A DNA stretch of 61,064 bases, filler included, from Sphacelaria rigidula (Eukaryota): NCBI GenBank assembly GCA_964200075.2. It is 6 parts of 6 records of this genome, joined end to end, with 100 filler letters (N's around TTAATTAATTAA, not from the genome) between each part and the next. Parts side by side here need not be neighbours in the genome. Positions count along the whole stretch, not along the records: positions 1 to 10,095 come from CAXNAA020007157.1; positions 10,196 to 20,290 come from CAXNAA020007158.1; 4 more parts are not named here. One strand, given 5' to 3'. The notes beneath the pieces were generated by a model that saw only the letters and a list, made by a program, of their open reading frames with translations, did no database searches and was not told the DNA's origin. This document shows, one piece after another, positions 1 to 11,599 of the stretch (its first letter is position 1; each line of letters begins with the position of its first letter). Position numbers and translations under genes: made by a program.

Positions 1-1069
1 ACGGCAGGTACACGCAGCCATTCGGGTACAATCCTTTCGCCTTCAACCAAAGCCGGCAATTAAACAGGGAATCGAATCCTGCCTTACAAACACACATTCG
101 ACCAGATTCCTACCATACCCGCTGGTCGTTTCTGGGGACCATCAGCATATCCACAAGGAAACTAGTTTTAATTCAATGCCTCAGTCATATACCATCACAT
201 TGTCTTATTATTAGTTTAATTCAGGTGTGAACGATGTAGTGGACATGATGTCGCCAGTTCCTCCCCCCCCCCCCATCCCGCCCCGGTCGACCCACAACCA
301 ATTTCAAACGGACGGTCCCGTCTTGCCGTCTCGATCCTCTTTTCAGCATGTATTTTGGGCGGGAGATGGAGCTTTCGCCGCATTTTGCATATGATGTGCT
401 GTAGTACACTAAAGCATAGGGGAATTTGAGGGAAGATCACGCGAACAAAAATACGGTACGTGGTCGTGAGCGGTATCGATAGGAAGGTCGTGAGCGGTAC
501 ATTGTCCTACCCGTGTGCTGGACTGGACTGTGCCGGATTATATTGTACCAGGAGCTCTGCCTTACTGTGTCAACAGCACACAAAATATCCTTCATTGCAT
601 GGTACAGTACAGTCCAGCACAGCATAAGCATGGGCAACGTCGTACGAAACACTCATGTGCCTGCACTTCGGCATGGCATTTATGACGAGACATAAAACCC
701 CGCATCCGCGCGATCCTACATGTTTCAGCGTCGATTTCTCCATAATCGGGACCCCTCCCTGTTGAAAACACCCCGACTATCGGACGATATCGATGGAACT
801 GTTTTTCATCGAAGCATCTTTCAGAATCGTGGCACCCGCTGCTCCGGATGAAAACGAGGTTGCAACTCCTTCAAAATGCGTTTTGCAGTTCCCCTGCGCA
901 GCCGTCAGGTAACTCTTGAACGATCGTTGCTGCACTGACAGTACAACAAGTAGGTACTAGTGGTACGTTAGCTGTATTCCGTTGCCCGTGGCGAAGGATA
1001 GATAGTTTTATCATTTGTATTATTGGAGAGTGCCTAGACTGAGCCGATCCTATGACTGAGGGATCAGAT

Positions 1070-1439
1070 GTTGAGTGAGCTCAGCAGGCAGCGTGGTAGC
1101 TGCCATGAGCGGGGTACTGTAGTCACACACACTCGACCACCAGTACCTGCACGTCCGCATTAATCTATCCGCACATGTGCATGCTCACTCAGTATACCTG
1201 TTCACGTGAACAGGGCGGTTCCGGAGGGCATCGAAGCCTCGACCTTGTAATCACAATATCACAAGGTCGAGGCTTCGATGCCCTCCGGAACCGCCATGTT
1301 CACGTGAAGAGGTATACTGAGTGAGCATGCACATGTGCGGATAGATTAATGCGGACGTGCGGGTACTGGTAGTCGAGTGTGTGTGACTACAGTACCCCGC
1401 CCATGGCAGCTACCACGCTGCCTGCTGAGCTCACTCAAC
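1070..1439. repeat. Near-perfect long inverted repeat (hairpin): 179-bp arms, 12-nt loop
   Basis: Arm 1070-1248 is the reverse complement of arm 1261-1439 with about 5 mismatches and no indels. Loop is AATCACAATATC. No target-site duplication is visible. Confidence 0.97.
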
Positions 1440-2009
1440 GCTGCCGGGTGTGCCTCCCTCTGTCGCCAAATCTATGATTAGACAGACACGCCGTGCTGGC
1501 GGAGGATCCCACATAAAATCTTCCTGAGGACGGCAGCTGCACATGAATTGTAGATACAGTTCTTCGTAATCGCCTCTTACGACACGCACGGGCAGCCTGT
1601 GCGCGGGACACTACGATATGTGACTCTCCGCCAGGGTTGACCGTAGTATGACGTTCCTGTTTTGCCTTGAGATGACAACATATTGTGAGCACAATACGTA
1701 TGTGTTGTACGAACAACGTTCCAACTTTCAGTATCTGGTGCACGTTCTCTGCTGTGTCGTACTATCCGGTAGCACTCGTTGGCCCCACCAATAAATGGAG
1801 TGCCGTATCCTCCCCATCAACAGGAATCACTGCTGTACTATTATGGATCAGTGGCACGTTCGGCCCAGGGGTAACCTCGTACAAGGAAAACGATTGCCCC
1901 CAAACCGGGTGCTTTGCTAAATCACCGAAAATGCACAGCCGGCCAAATTCCATGTCTCAGCAACAACAGTTCCACTTGAATATGACCCACCGCTGCATCA
2001 ACCGCCACT

Positions 2010-5000
2010 GCGCTCCATACTCCATCGTTCACCTGCCATTGACAAAACAGTCGGGGGCAACAGTCTCACCGACGAGGACAACGTAGGCCTCGGTGCAAGA
2101 GAATCTGCCGCTGCCTCCACATCAATCATACCACCCCTTGAGATGGCCTCGTTGCGGACATGGGCCTCATCACCTTTGACGATGATATTTTTTATGGGGT
2201 ATGCCTGTTAGAGATATACTTTGGTATAAAATATCCGGGCAATGCTCAGTGACACAGCGCAGGTAGCATGTGTCGCTTGGTGTTCATGCGGAGCAACCGC
2301 TGTCGATTGAAACGTCGAATACAGGAACTTTCTAGAGTACGTCTGGAACAAGTACACTGTAGATCGATGTGAAGAACGGTCTAGTACGATCGAGAATCTT
2401 TGATAGGATTAAGATACGAACTCTTAAGAAGAAGAGCAAAAGAGGACTCACGAGCACATCGCGAGCCCTACTCTTTCACTCTTCACTTCTCCAACTTCTC
2501 AACTGGACTTCGACAGCCGCCCAGAGACGGGCATGCACATGGGCGGCCCTCGCCCCCTACCGTATGATGCAGTCTTGGATGGGCTAAAACCCACAGACGC
2601 CGATTTCGCCGATTTCCGTACTATCGGTCCTCGCGCAAATATTTCAGTGTCGCCACCTCCAGTTGCCCATCTCATTTCCGACAATACGCGCTCTCGGTCT
2701 GCCGCCCGCGCCAACTCTCCCCGCGCCCCGCCGCCACCGACAACACCTACTGCTCTCTCGAGTAGCGTAGCGCTGGTCCCCCACAACAGCGCGCCACGAG
2801 CCTTGACAACACCCGTCACGCGCAATTCTCAACACAAGCACAGAGCACGCTCTCCGGCGCGCACTACTTCGACAACACCGCCCGCCGCGGCACCGCCCGT
2901 GCCCACCCCTTCTGATGCCCCGGATGTACATATCGACGTTGGCACCTCCGCCCCACCGCCTATTCCACCGTCTTCTGAGCCACCATGTCTCGTCGGCTCT
3001 ACGGCGGAAGGCCAACTGCGCGAGTTTCTCGCCAGTTTTACCCACCGTGATTGGGCTCGTGAACAACAAGCGGAACCATTATGCCGCGCAACCATGCGGT
3101 ACCTCCATGCTGGCTGCCCTGCACCCATCCCGGCCAATGTTCTGGCCCCGGTTGGCACACTGCCATCACCAACTGCCTCTGAGGTGTACGAACTCGCACG
3201 CAAACGTACTATCTTCACAACTGATCACGGCATCCAACTGCTTGTCCGCCGCCCTACACCCCAGCCGAGTATAATTTCACCCGCGACCACCGGACGTCAT
3301 GCACGCCTACTCGATGATGAACCCACCCGGATATATATCCCATTTTTGATGCGACCGTGGGTAATGAAAGGCTGCGACACGGACCTGTCTTGCCACCTTG
3401 GTGTCACACGCACATTAGCGTTACTCGAACGTTTCTACTGGTAGATCGGAATGGAAGTGTCCACCCGCTTCTGGATTCGGCGATGCTTCAAGTGTCAGGC
3501 TCGCAAAACCTCACGGCAGACAATACGTTGGTCTGTCATTTCGATGGCACTTCCCAACACTCCTGGCCACCTCGTGTCTTTCGACTATTTCGGTCCTACC
3601 GCCCACTGACCGTGGCAATACCTACATCTTACTCTCTACCGACCGTTTCAGCCTTCACGCGTCCATGTACGCAGTCACCGCTGGAGACTTCACAGCGGTA
3701 GGCACAGCTAACATCTTAGTTCACGACTATATTAAGCACTATGGTTGCCCGAAATTGCTTCTCTCCGACAACGGTCAGCAGATTTGCTGCGATCTCTCGG
3801 ACGAACTGTATACGCTCCTGGGCATTCCAAAGATAGCCATGAGCGCTTACCACCCTAATGGTAACGGTGATACTAAAAGAGTGAACCACACAATGGCCCA
3901 GATGCTGTCTATGGTAGTCAACGATTGACGAAACGGTTGGAATCTCCATCTCTCACATGTCATGCTGTCCTATAACAACCCGGTCAATGCTGCTACCGGT
4001 CTTTCTCCGAACGAGTTACACCTCGGCTGTTACCCCCGTCTGCCCATCACCGTGTTTGAAAGACACACCTTCGATGGCCACCAAGGCTTGGATCAGGATC
4101 AGATATCCTACCATCATGACCTGGCACGTGCACGCCAGCGCAAAGTTTTCACTCTCGTGCGTGAACAACAGGCTATCAACGCTTCGCGCCTTGAGAGATC
4201 TAATAATCTCCACTACTACTTGATGCACAAACGCCCTACTTGGAAGGTTGGCGATTGGGTACTCGTATGGGTTTACAATAGCTTGTCAACCATCCGCCAA
4301 GGCGCCAACAGAGCCGCCAACGAGACCGTGTTGAAGACTAAGCTCTCCCTTAACTGGACAGGATCATTGAAGAGTCTGATCGTCGGACCCTCGCCATCGT
4401 CACCTGATGGCAAGTCTGTTGGTGACAAACTTCTTTATCTCGATCTCCCCCGCGACCTTCAGGGACATGACGCCAAATCCCGCGTCTCTGTGCACCGTTG
4501 CAAACCTTGCACCAATCCGCATGACACTAGAGACATGCCCAAATATCTGCCTGCCGGTCTTATGGAATACGTACTTAACAGCTATTCGACCAAGTCACCA
4601 CCTTATCACGTTACTACCGACGATATGACGGAACAACCCCTTCGCCTCGCCGTGTCCCATATCTCCAGCCACCAGATCGCCCGCGGTCGAGGCGCTAGGA
4701 TTGCTGTCACGTACAAAACTCACTGGCAAGGTCTTCAGAGAGCGTCTTGGGAACGCGAATCCGATCTTCAGCTGCATCGCCGAGCTATTTTCCTGTACTG
4801 GACGAGTCATCCTACGATAGGGGGGGGGGTATTTTGGGCCACTTCTTGCACTAAATTCCAAGGCAAATCGCCGCTGAAATCAGAAACGGTTCCTTGATCG
4901 AGTCTCTTACAGATACATAACGCTCATTCATACCGATTGACACCGTTTTGAACCAAATACAAGCGCATCGCGAGTGTTGCACGGCATCTGACACACTTAT

Positions 5001-5520
5001 CAGCCTTTTTTTTCGTGCAATCAAATACCCCCCCCACTATCGTAGGATGACTCGGACACAACCTCAACAGCAACATGTTGCTCACAACAAGAAATATCGC
5101 AACATGCGCCACGGCGCCGCAGCACGTGAACTCCACCGTGACAAAGGTTTACGCTTTGTCACCGCTGGCTATGAATTGGTAGCCACCAAGCATTGGGAAG
5201 ATGAGATCCGCGCGAAACAGGAAGTCCTCCCCAAAGGCGCCTACGTCTGGTACAAAGGCAGCGACAACCTTTGGTGGCTGGTCCAGACCCACTCCACAGA
5301 CCTAACCGCGCCTGACACATACATCGTGTGCTTTATCGATGACCCCGGACCTGTGCAGCTCAAGCTCCGCCCAGAGCCTTATACCACCAGTCCATCCGCA
5401 CCACGAGGGTCTTGGTGTCTTCAGCGACTCAAGTCCGAAGGCCTCCGCCGCAGAATCCAACGTAACATCGATCGCACACATGATGTCGACGCACCACTTG
5501 AAGCTTCCATAGACCTCCTG
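2010..5520 (+). pseudogene. Degenerate Ty3/gypsy (chromovirus-like) pol 3' half: Pro/Thr-rich linker, integrase, chromodomain, PWWP/Tudor-like tail
   Basis: Zinc-finger region CHLGVTRTLALLERFYW*...RRCFKCQARK. Core motifs VSFDYFGP, LLSDNGQQ and SAYHPNGNGDTKRVNHTMAQMLS. Chromodomain-like AVSHISSHQ...YKTHWQGLQRASWERESDL. Several stops and frameshifts; the 5' boundary is approximate. Confidence 0.9.
4804..5053. mobile_element. 250-bp MITE with GAG...CTC termini and 4-bp TSD (Sola2-like by termini and TSD)
   Basis: TIR GAGTCATCCTACGATAG(G)nTATTT pairs with AAATAC(C)nACTATCGTAGGATGACTC. GGAC is duplicated at 4800-4803 and 5054-5057. Excision restores the gypsy reading frame. Confidence 0.92.
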
Positions 5521-6810
5521 CTTTTCGATCCACGACATTTTTCATTTCTCTTTTATTTCCTTCCCTTGTCGATTAGATATTTTCCCTTCTTCCACCACTC
5601 AGGACACACCAGTGCCACCCACCGACTCCTTCAACAGCCTGCAACCGGAGCCCCTTCAGCGCACAACATCGGACAACGAATGGACCTTGCCCGGAGCACC
5701 ATCATCCTCGGCTACTGGAGCTTTTCGTATTCCCGCTCTTGGTGGTTTTGACTGGCGCTGGACCCCTCGCAGTATTTGAGTTGCTGATTCCCTTGCTTTC
5801 TCAGCCGCCATGCGCTCGCCGCATGTGATTGACCTTTTTCGGTGGTTGAGCTTGGTACCACCCATGTAAACGTTGTGTCCCTGGTGTGTCCCCCCTTTTG
5901 CTTCTTTGATTTTGGCTAGCGCCCCGAAGGATTTTGTGTTCATCTGTTAAGTATGCTAGCCCGCAGCAGCATTGTGTGCTCCTGCGCCTTCAAGCGCACG
6001 TGCGCTTTTCGGTAGCAGATTTTGATTCCCTTGTTTGAGGTGTGGGAGGATCGGGCAACGGAGTGGATGTTGCCCTCGTCGTCTGGCGTGTACCTTCTTT
6101 TTCAGCCACGACGGCCGAGTGCTTTTATAACATTGAGTCGCCTTCCTTGTCGCTCATTACTTGACGTGCAGAAAAACCTCCATTTTCGTTGCTTTTCGAT
6201 ATTTCTCATCGCAACTGTAATAGAGCTTCGTCTGGATGGGCTAGTGCCATGAAGCTAGGAGGCGTTTATGATCAAGTCTGGGACTTTATAGTTGCGGGTC
6301 TGATCAAGCTTGACTAGGCCGGATGTGAGACTGATGAAAGGGTACAGGCATGGCTTTTTGTGAGCCTTCCCGACTCACTCGCTAAGTGGAGCTGACAGCT
6401 AAACAATTGCTATAGCCGGAGAGCAACGTGAGAGAGCATTGAACGGAGCGATAACGAATATGAGTGAACAAGAGTCTTTTGTACCAAGTGGATATTGCTT
6501 ACTGCGTGAAGCTTTTGAGGTGTGAACTGATTTGGACACGACCGTAACCTGAACCTGCGAGGATTGATCTTGCAAGGATCTGATCTGACCCGCATGCACC
6601 CAAAGGTGCATGCTTCACAACACCATAACATGGGATCCAAGATACTGCGCAATAAGTGGTACGAACAAACTTGTTGGTGCATCGTATTCGAGGACATTCC
6701 ACCTAGGCCTTGATCATTTGGAACAGAGTCTTGCATCTGCGATTTCTGTGCGGCGATCATTTCAACCGTCGGGGCGTCAGAATTTGTAGCATACAGTCGG
6801 ATATTGCCCA

Positions 6811-7260
6811 TTTGAGCCTGCACGCAAGGACGTACAGCAACGACATCTGGACAGCACCTTTATTTGTGCCTAGGATCTAGCTCGTTTAGCAGAGTTTGCT
6901 TCGGGCAGGAAGACGACTGCAGTGTAGCTAGCTGCAGCCGTGAGCGCCTACATGTACGACGTGTAGCAACGAGATCTGGACAGCACCACATGAGCGCGTC
7001 GAGCATTTTTGCAATCTCGCGGCGTTGGAATCGTGCTTAGGATTTGGTCTCTAGCAGCGTCTGTTTAGACCTAGACACGACTGCACCAGCTGGAGTAGCT
7101 ACAGTACAGCCGTTTGAAGCCTGCACGCACGACGTGTAGCAACGAGATCTGGACAGCACCATATTTGCACATCGAGTACTTACGGTCTCGGGTCGTTGAA
7201 ATCGTGCCTAGGGTCTGGCCTGATACCCCAAGAGTTCTACAGCTGAAGCAGCTGCGACAT
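6811..7260 (+). repeat. Three imperfect direct repeats in the leader upstream of a copia gag
   Basis: A GACGT..AGCAACGA(G/C)ATCTGGACAGCACC core recurs at about 6829, 6958 and 7131, immediately before the gag ATG at 7262. Confidence 0.8.
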
Positions 7261-7261
7261 C

Positions 7262-8416
7262 ATGGATCAAGCATTCAACGGACAAACAACTCTGAAGTCA
7301 TTCCCCAAGTTCGACGGAACGAGTCTAATGTTCCGCGAATGGCGGTCAAAAGTACGGGTAGTAATCAACTATTGAAACAAGTTCCTCTTCGATATTTTGG
7401 ATGGAAAGGAACGCCCGGAGCCAGCAAAAGGCCAGCTGCTGACCGACACTTGAGGAGCGCCTCCACCGACCGCGCAAGCCATTGAAAAAAGGCAGCGCGG
7501 TAATCAAGACCACTTTTCCATTTCGCACCTTGCCACCACTGGGTCAGCGAACATCCTCGTGCGACAGTACGAGAGCCGGAGGCAGGGGGGGACTCGGCGA
7601 TGGGATTGCTGCCTGAAAAGCCCTTGCGGGCAAATATGACAGCTACACGAAAGAGACGCGACGAGCATGCTACGACGAGCTGTGCAATACATAGACGCAG
7701 CATGGACAGGATCCGGAGGACTTCTTTCACAAAATGGACGACCTTCGGGCCCGGCCGCATGACATGGGAAAGGTGGTCTCTGACGAGCGCTACCAGGGAG
7801 TCATTCTGTACTCTATCACGAACGACTACGACTTAGTACGGCACACCAGCTTCCGCGACCGCAACTAGGGGTTGGAGGAGATAAAGTCCATTATGCGGAA
7901 CATGTCCATCGACAAGCTCTCTCGCGCATCCACCAAATCTGTTATGGGCCGCAGCATGGCCATGCAGGCGGCGCACGGTGACCTCAACAGCATCCAGTGC
8001 TCTAACTGCGACAAACACGGGCACCATCGCGACACCTGCCCTGAACCTCTGCGACAGAGATCATAGGAGCACCAACAACAGCAGAGGAAAAGAGGAACCA
8101 CTGGAAAAAAGGAGAAGACGGGAATTCCAAGTGGTGTTCTTTACACAAGACAAAAGTCACAGCGGCGAGCAGTGCTTCAAGCAGAAGGCTACAAAGAAGG
8201 AACAAGCTAGCGGCATCAACTTTGCCAAGATCGGCAGCGCGCGAATTGCCCAGACAGCAAAACCCAAACAGCCAAGGTTTGGATTTTCCTTCACATCTGT
8301 CGGGACTACGCTCGCGAACGTGGCGAATGAATCCAACAAGCTGAAAGAGCCCGACATGTCAGTCTTTGTTCTTGGACCAACGCCGCAGAAAACACTCAAG
8401 CAACGGACTGCAGATA
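7262..8416 (+). pseudogene. Ty1/copia gag remnant with CCHC zinc knuckle, truncated by an LTR insertion
   Basis: Reads through stops as MDQAFNGQTTLKSFPKFDGTSLMFREW...GDGIAA*KALAGKYD...GQDPEDFFHKMDDLRAR...LEEIKSIMRNM...CSNCDKHGHHRDTC, followed by a WCSLHKT motif. Confidence 0.85.
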
Positions 8417-10095
8417 TGTCATGGTACGATACTTGCGACCTGGGTAAGAAGATGCCAGTTCAGTGGGCACCGGGGCTAGTAGGCCCAAACACAGTCTTTA
8501 GTATCGAAACCATTGAGTTCGATATTGTCGAGTGGGAGTCAACCACCGCACCAGTGGTCAGGTGGCATGTCATGAACCGCGCAGGCTGCAGCACAACATG
8601 TGCTGCATGAAGGTCAGGCTTACATTGTGTGAAGACCAGAGAATCCTCTGAAATAGCAGTCCATGGATGGCGTAGATGCTCTTGTATTATTGGCGTACAG
8701 GCTAACTTGTGCTTTGCTAGTTGAGATGTATGGTCCAAAACGACTCTGACCCAAAGGGGGCAGGCAGCTGGATTCAATCAAACAATGTAGTATGACCCGT
8801 CGGGTACCAAGCATGACAAAGTATGACAAATGGAACCCAGTCGACTGGAACATGACCAATAAATCTGTAACCCACGGTACAGAGGTATCCGTCTTCACGG
8901 GTTGTGACAGTTACATGCGGTGGGATTTGATACCATAGTAGGCGTATGTCTTGTACCTACGTACGAAATGTTTGCTTGTCACGATGTTGGGGTAGCCACA
9001 CCCAGTCACTTCGTTCTCTTCCTTATTTTCCTTCCTTGACTGGCTTAGTCAAGTTATGTAATACTACTCTTCTACAACAACATGATCGGCCCAGCCGTGT
9101 CCTTTGATCGACTTCATCAGTCGTGTCTAGCTGTCCCTGTTTACGGATCACGTATCAAGGAGCATGCTCCACTATAAAACAGTGCACTGCGAGGAAGTCC
9201 GCCACGGTCACATCAATTACCTCACAAGTGCACAGGAGCGTGAGCCTCGAGGAGTATGGAGGCAGGCCCACGCAAGCTGCCAGTCTGGACGGGCGCTCGT
9301 GGGCACTTGCGAGAAACATGGGACGATTGGACACTTTTCATCGTTGGATATGCTGTGGAGAAGGGACTACACCCCCTGCGATCGGATTACACCACATCGG
9401 CCATTCAGACAGCGACCACACTCGACCAGCGTAGGGCGTACGAAACGCACCACAACAACATACAGTCCTTGTGGTTCCTCCTGGCACAGGCTACGAAAGG
9501 GTCAGCCGCAGCCATCGTCGCACGATGCGAGCAGGGCGGCAATCCTGACGGCAGGGAAGCCTGGCTGGAGATAGGACGCATCTATGGAGGACGTGCACAG
9601 GACGAGCGGCCTGTGCAACTACTTGCATCGGAAAGAAGACTGCGGGATCTCCAATGCAATTCCGCAGAAGAATCAGCAGGTTTTATGGTGAAGCTGGACC
9701 CCTACCTGGGGGGGATTCGGAGCGCTTGAAAACGCTAAAGCCGAGGAGACTAAGGGGGCAGCCCTTCTACTCGGAATCAAGGAGGCGCTGTCATGGTACG
9801 ATACTTACTACCTGGGTAAGAAGATGCCAGTTCAGTGGGCACCGGGGCTAGTAGGCCCAAACACAGTCTTTAGTATCGAAACCATTGAGTTCGATATTGT
9901 CGAGTGGGAGTCAACCACCGCACCAGTGGTCAGGTGGCATGTCATGAACCGCGCAGGCTGCAGCACAACATGTGCTGCATGAAGGTCAGGCTTACATTGT
10001 GTGAAGACCAGAGAATCCTCTGACATAGCAGTCCATGGATGGCGTAGATGCTCTTGTATTATTGGCGTACAGGCTAACTTGTGCTTTGCTAGTTG
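8417..10095 (+). mobile_element. Young LTR element: LTR 8417-9082, partial gag, then a second LTR copy from 9789 running off the contig end
   Basis: 8417-8723 matches 9789-10095 with 3 differences in 307 bp. The LTR starts TGTCATGG and plausibly ends ...ACAACA at 9082. Confidence 0.85.
9256..9788 (+). pseudogene. Copia-type gag N-terminal fragment
   Basis: MEAGPRKLPVWTG...WDDW...SLWFLLAQATKGSAAAIVARCEQGGNPDGREAWLEI. Frameshift in a G-run near 9710; cut off by the LTR at 9789. Confidence 0.7.
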
Positions 10096-10195
10096 NNNNN
10101 NNNNNNNNNNNNNNNNNNNNNNNNNNNNNNNNNNNNNNNTTAATTAATTAANNNNNNNNNNNNNNNNNNNNNNNNNNNNNNNNNNNNNNNNNNNN
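10096..10195. other. Artificial contig linker (N44-TTAATTAATTAA-N44)
   Basis: 100-bp N run containing a six-frame stop linker. Confidence 0.99.
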
Positions 10196-10267
10196 AAGGA
10201 TGTCTGACGCACTTATGAGCTTCTTTTTTCGTGCAACCAAATACCCCCCCCTATCGTAGGATGACTC
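10196..10267. mobile_element. Right end of a second copy of the GAG...CTC MITE family
   Basis: ...TTTTTTCGTGCAACCAAATACCCCCCCCTATCGTAGGATGACTC matches about 4985-5053; truncated by the contig start. Confidence 0.9.
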
Positions 10268-10269
10268 AT

Positions 10270-10978
10270 GTATACCCCTAGTGATACCACACCCGCAATC
10301 TTGTCTAAGCGTGCGAAGACCTTCATCGGATCTTCCGTCTTTTCTATCTGTAACTCGTTGAAAATGCGTCTTCACTTCGGCTTTTCGGAGGGAGGTCCCG
10401 GCCAGAACCGATTACACAAGAAACGCCAACCTGCATTGGGGGAGTTTGTTTCAAATACCCTGCTTGAAGGTTCACGGTCCGTGATACTCTCCGTCAACCA
10501 CATCCAAGCATTATGTGCTTGTCTTATTGCTCGTCTCACTGAGAGTTTGATTAAGCAAAAATCGGGAAGTAATGGGAGGATCACCTACGAGCATGTCGAT
10601 ATCTGTTTCAAGCCTGCATACAATCACAAGATTGAGAAAACCCTCAAAGCGTATCTCCCACAACGGGAAGTCAACACTACTTGATAGCTTGGAGACAGCA
10701 GTTTTGATTCTGCTTATTTCCCTAAATCCCATTACAAGATTGCTACCCCCTGCAATCCCAACCTTACCAATAGCTGGCAGCAGGCTATCGACGACGACTT
10801 CATCTCTACGACTGAAAGCAGATCCTGCCCGCTCCCCGGCGCTAGCATCATCAAGATATGCAGACTGATCTCCACCGAAGGATCTCTTTGCGCGCCCGCT
10901 AGTACTCTCCTGAGTAGCCTCGATGCACGACAGTCTTTTGTCCAAGGCCCTTGTTTGTCCCTCAAGAAGCGCCTTCAA
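10270..10978 (-). pseudogene. Ty1/copia gag remnant
   Basis: VSKLSSSVDFPLWEIRFEGF, then after a frameshift AWMWLTESITDRE...NSPNAGWRFLCNRF...ELQIEKTEDPMKVFARLDKIAG (UBN2-like gag). Confidence 0.75.
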
Positions 10979-11305
10979 TTATTCGATTATTTTATATTGA
11001 TTCGCCATCTCAGAACGAAGCTTCAAGGTCGATCCGAACACGTTATCGTATTAAAATGATCGTGCTGATCAGATGGCAGTGTGGCAACAACAGCCCCGTG
11101 CGTGCTGTGTGCCCAAACAGAATATTGCCCCCTTGCAGTAAGTCAGAAGCAGATGAAGAAGTGGTTCAAGTCTTAATTACCATTGTTATCGACACGGACG
11201 AAATTGGTTGACGAGAGGTGAGGAAAACGAGTGAGAGAGGAGGGCGTGAAGCACTACCCTGTCACGACTTCCCAGGAGCCAAAATCTCCTGTCAAGGCAA
11301 ATGCC

Positions 11306-11525
11306 TGTGACGCCAGCCAGAAGAAGTACTGCTAGACCACTGCTGTTTGAGGGACTCCCCAGTCGCACTTGCCTCAGTTTTAGCTGCCAGCCTTTACAAC
11401 ATTTCATCATCTGGAGTGCCCGTGCAGGCGCAGCCTCATAGACCCGTCAGCGTATCATCCCCACGTCCCCGATCATCATCCGGGTAATCACTACCAACTC
11501 AATGTACCGGCGTATTTTCGTCACA
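11306..11525 (-). repeat. 3' LTR of the gypsy element
   Basis: Direct repeat of 16893-17112 with TGTGACG/CGTCACA inverted ends. Confidence 0.95.
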
Positions 11526-11599
11526 GCACTTCCAAAGCGCTTTAGATGAAAATCGAACAACAAGCTTGACACATAAAAAACGCCAAAACGATGAGTAAG

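Noticed and set aside
2110-2505. Solo LTR interrupting the first gypsy remnant
   Set aside because: The sequence looks inserted, but I could not define TG...CA ends with a TSD.
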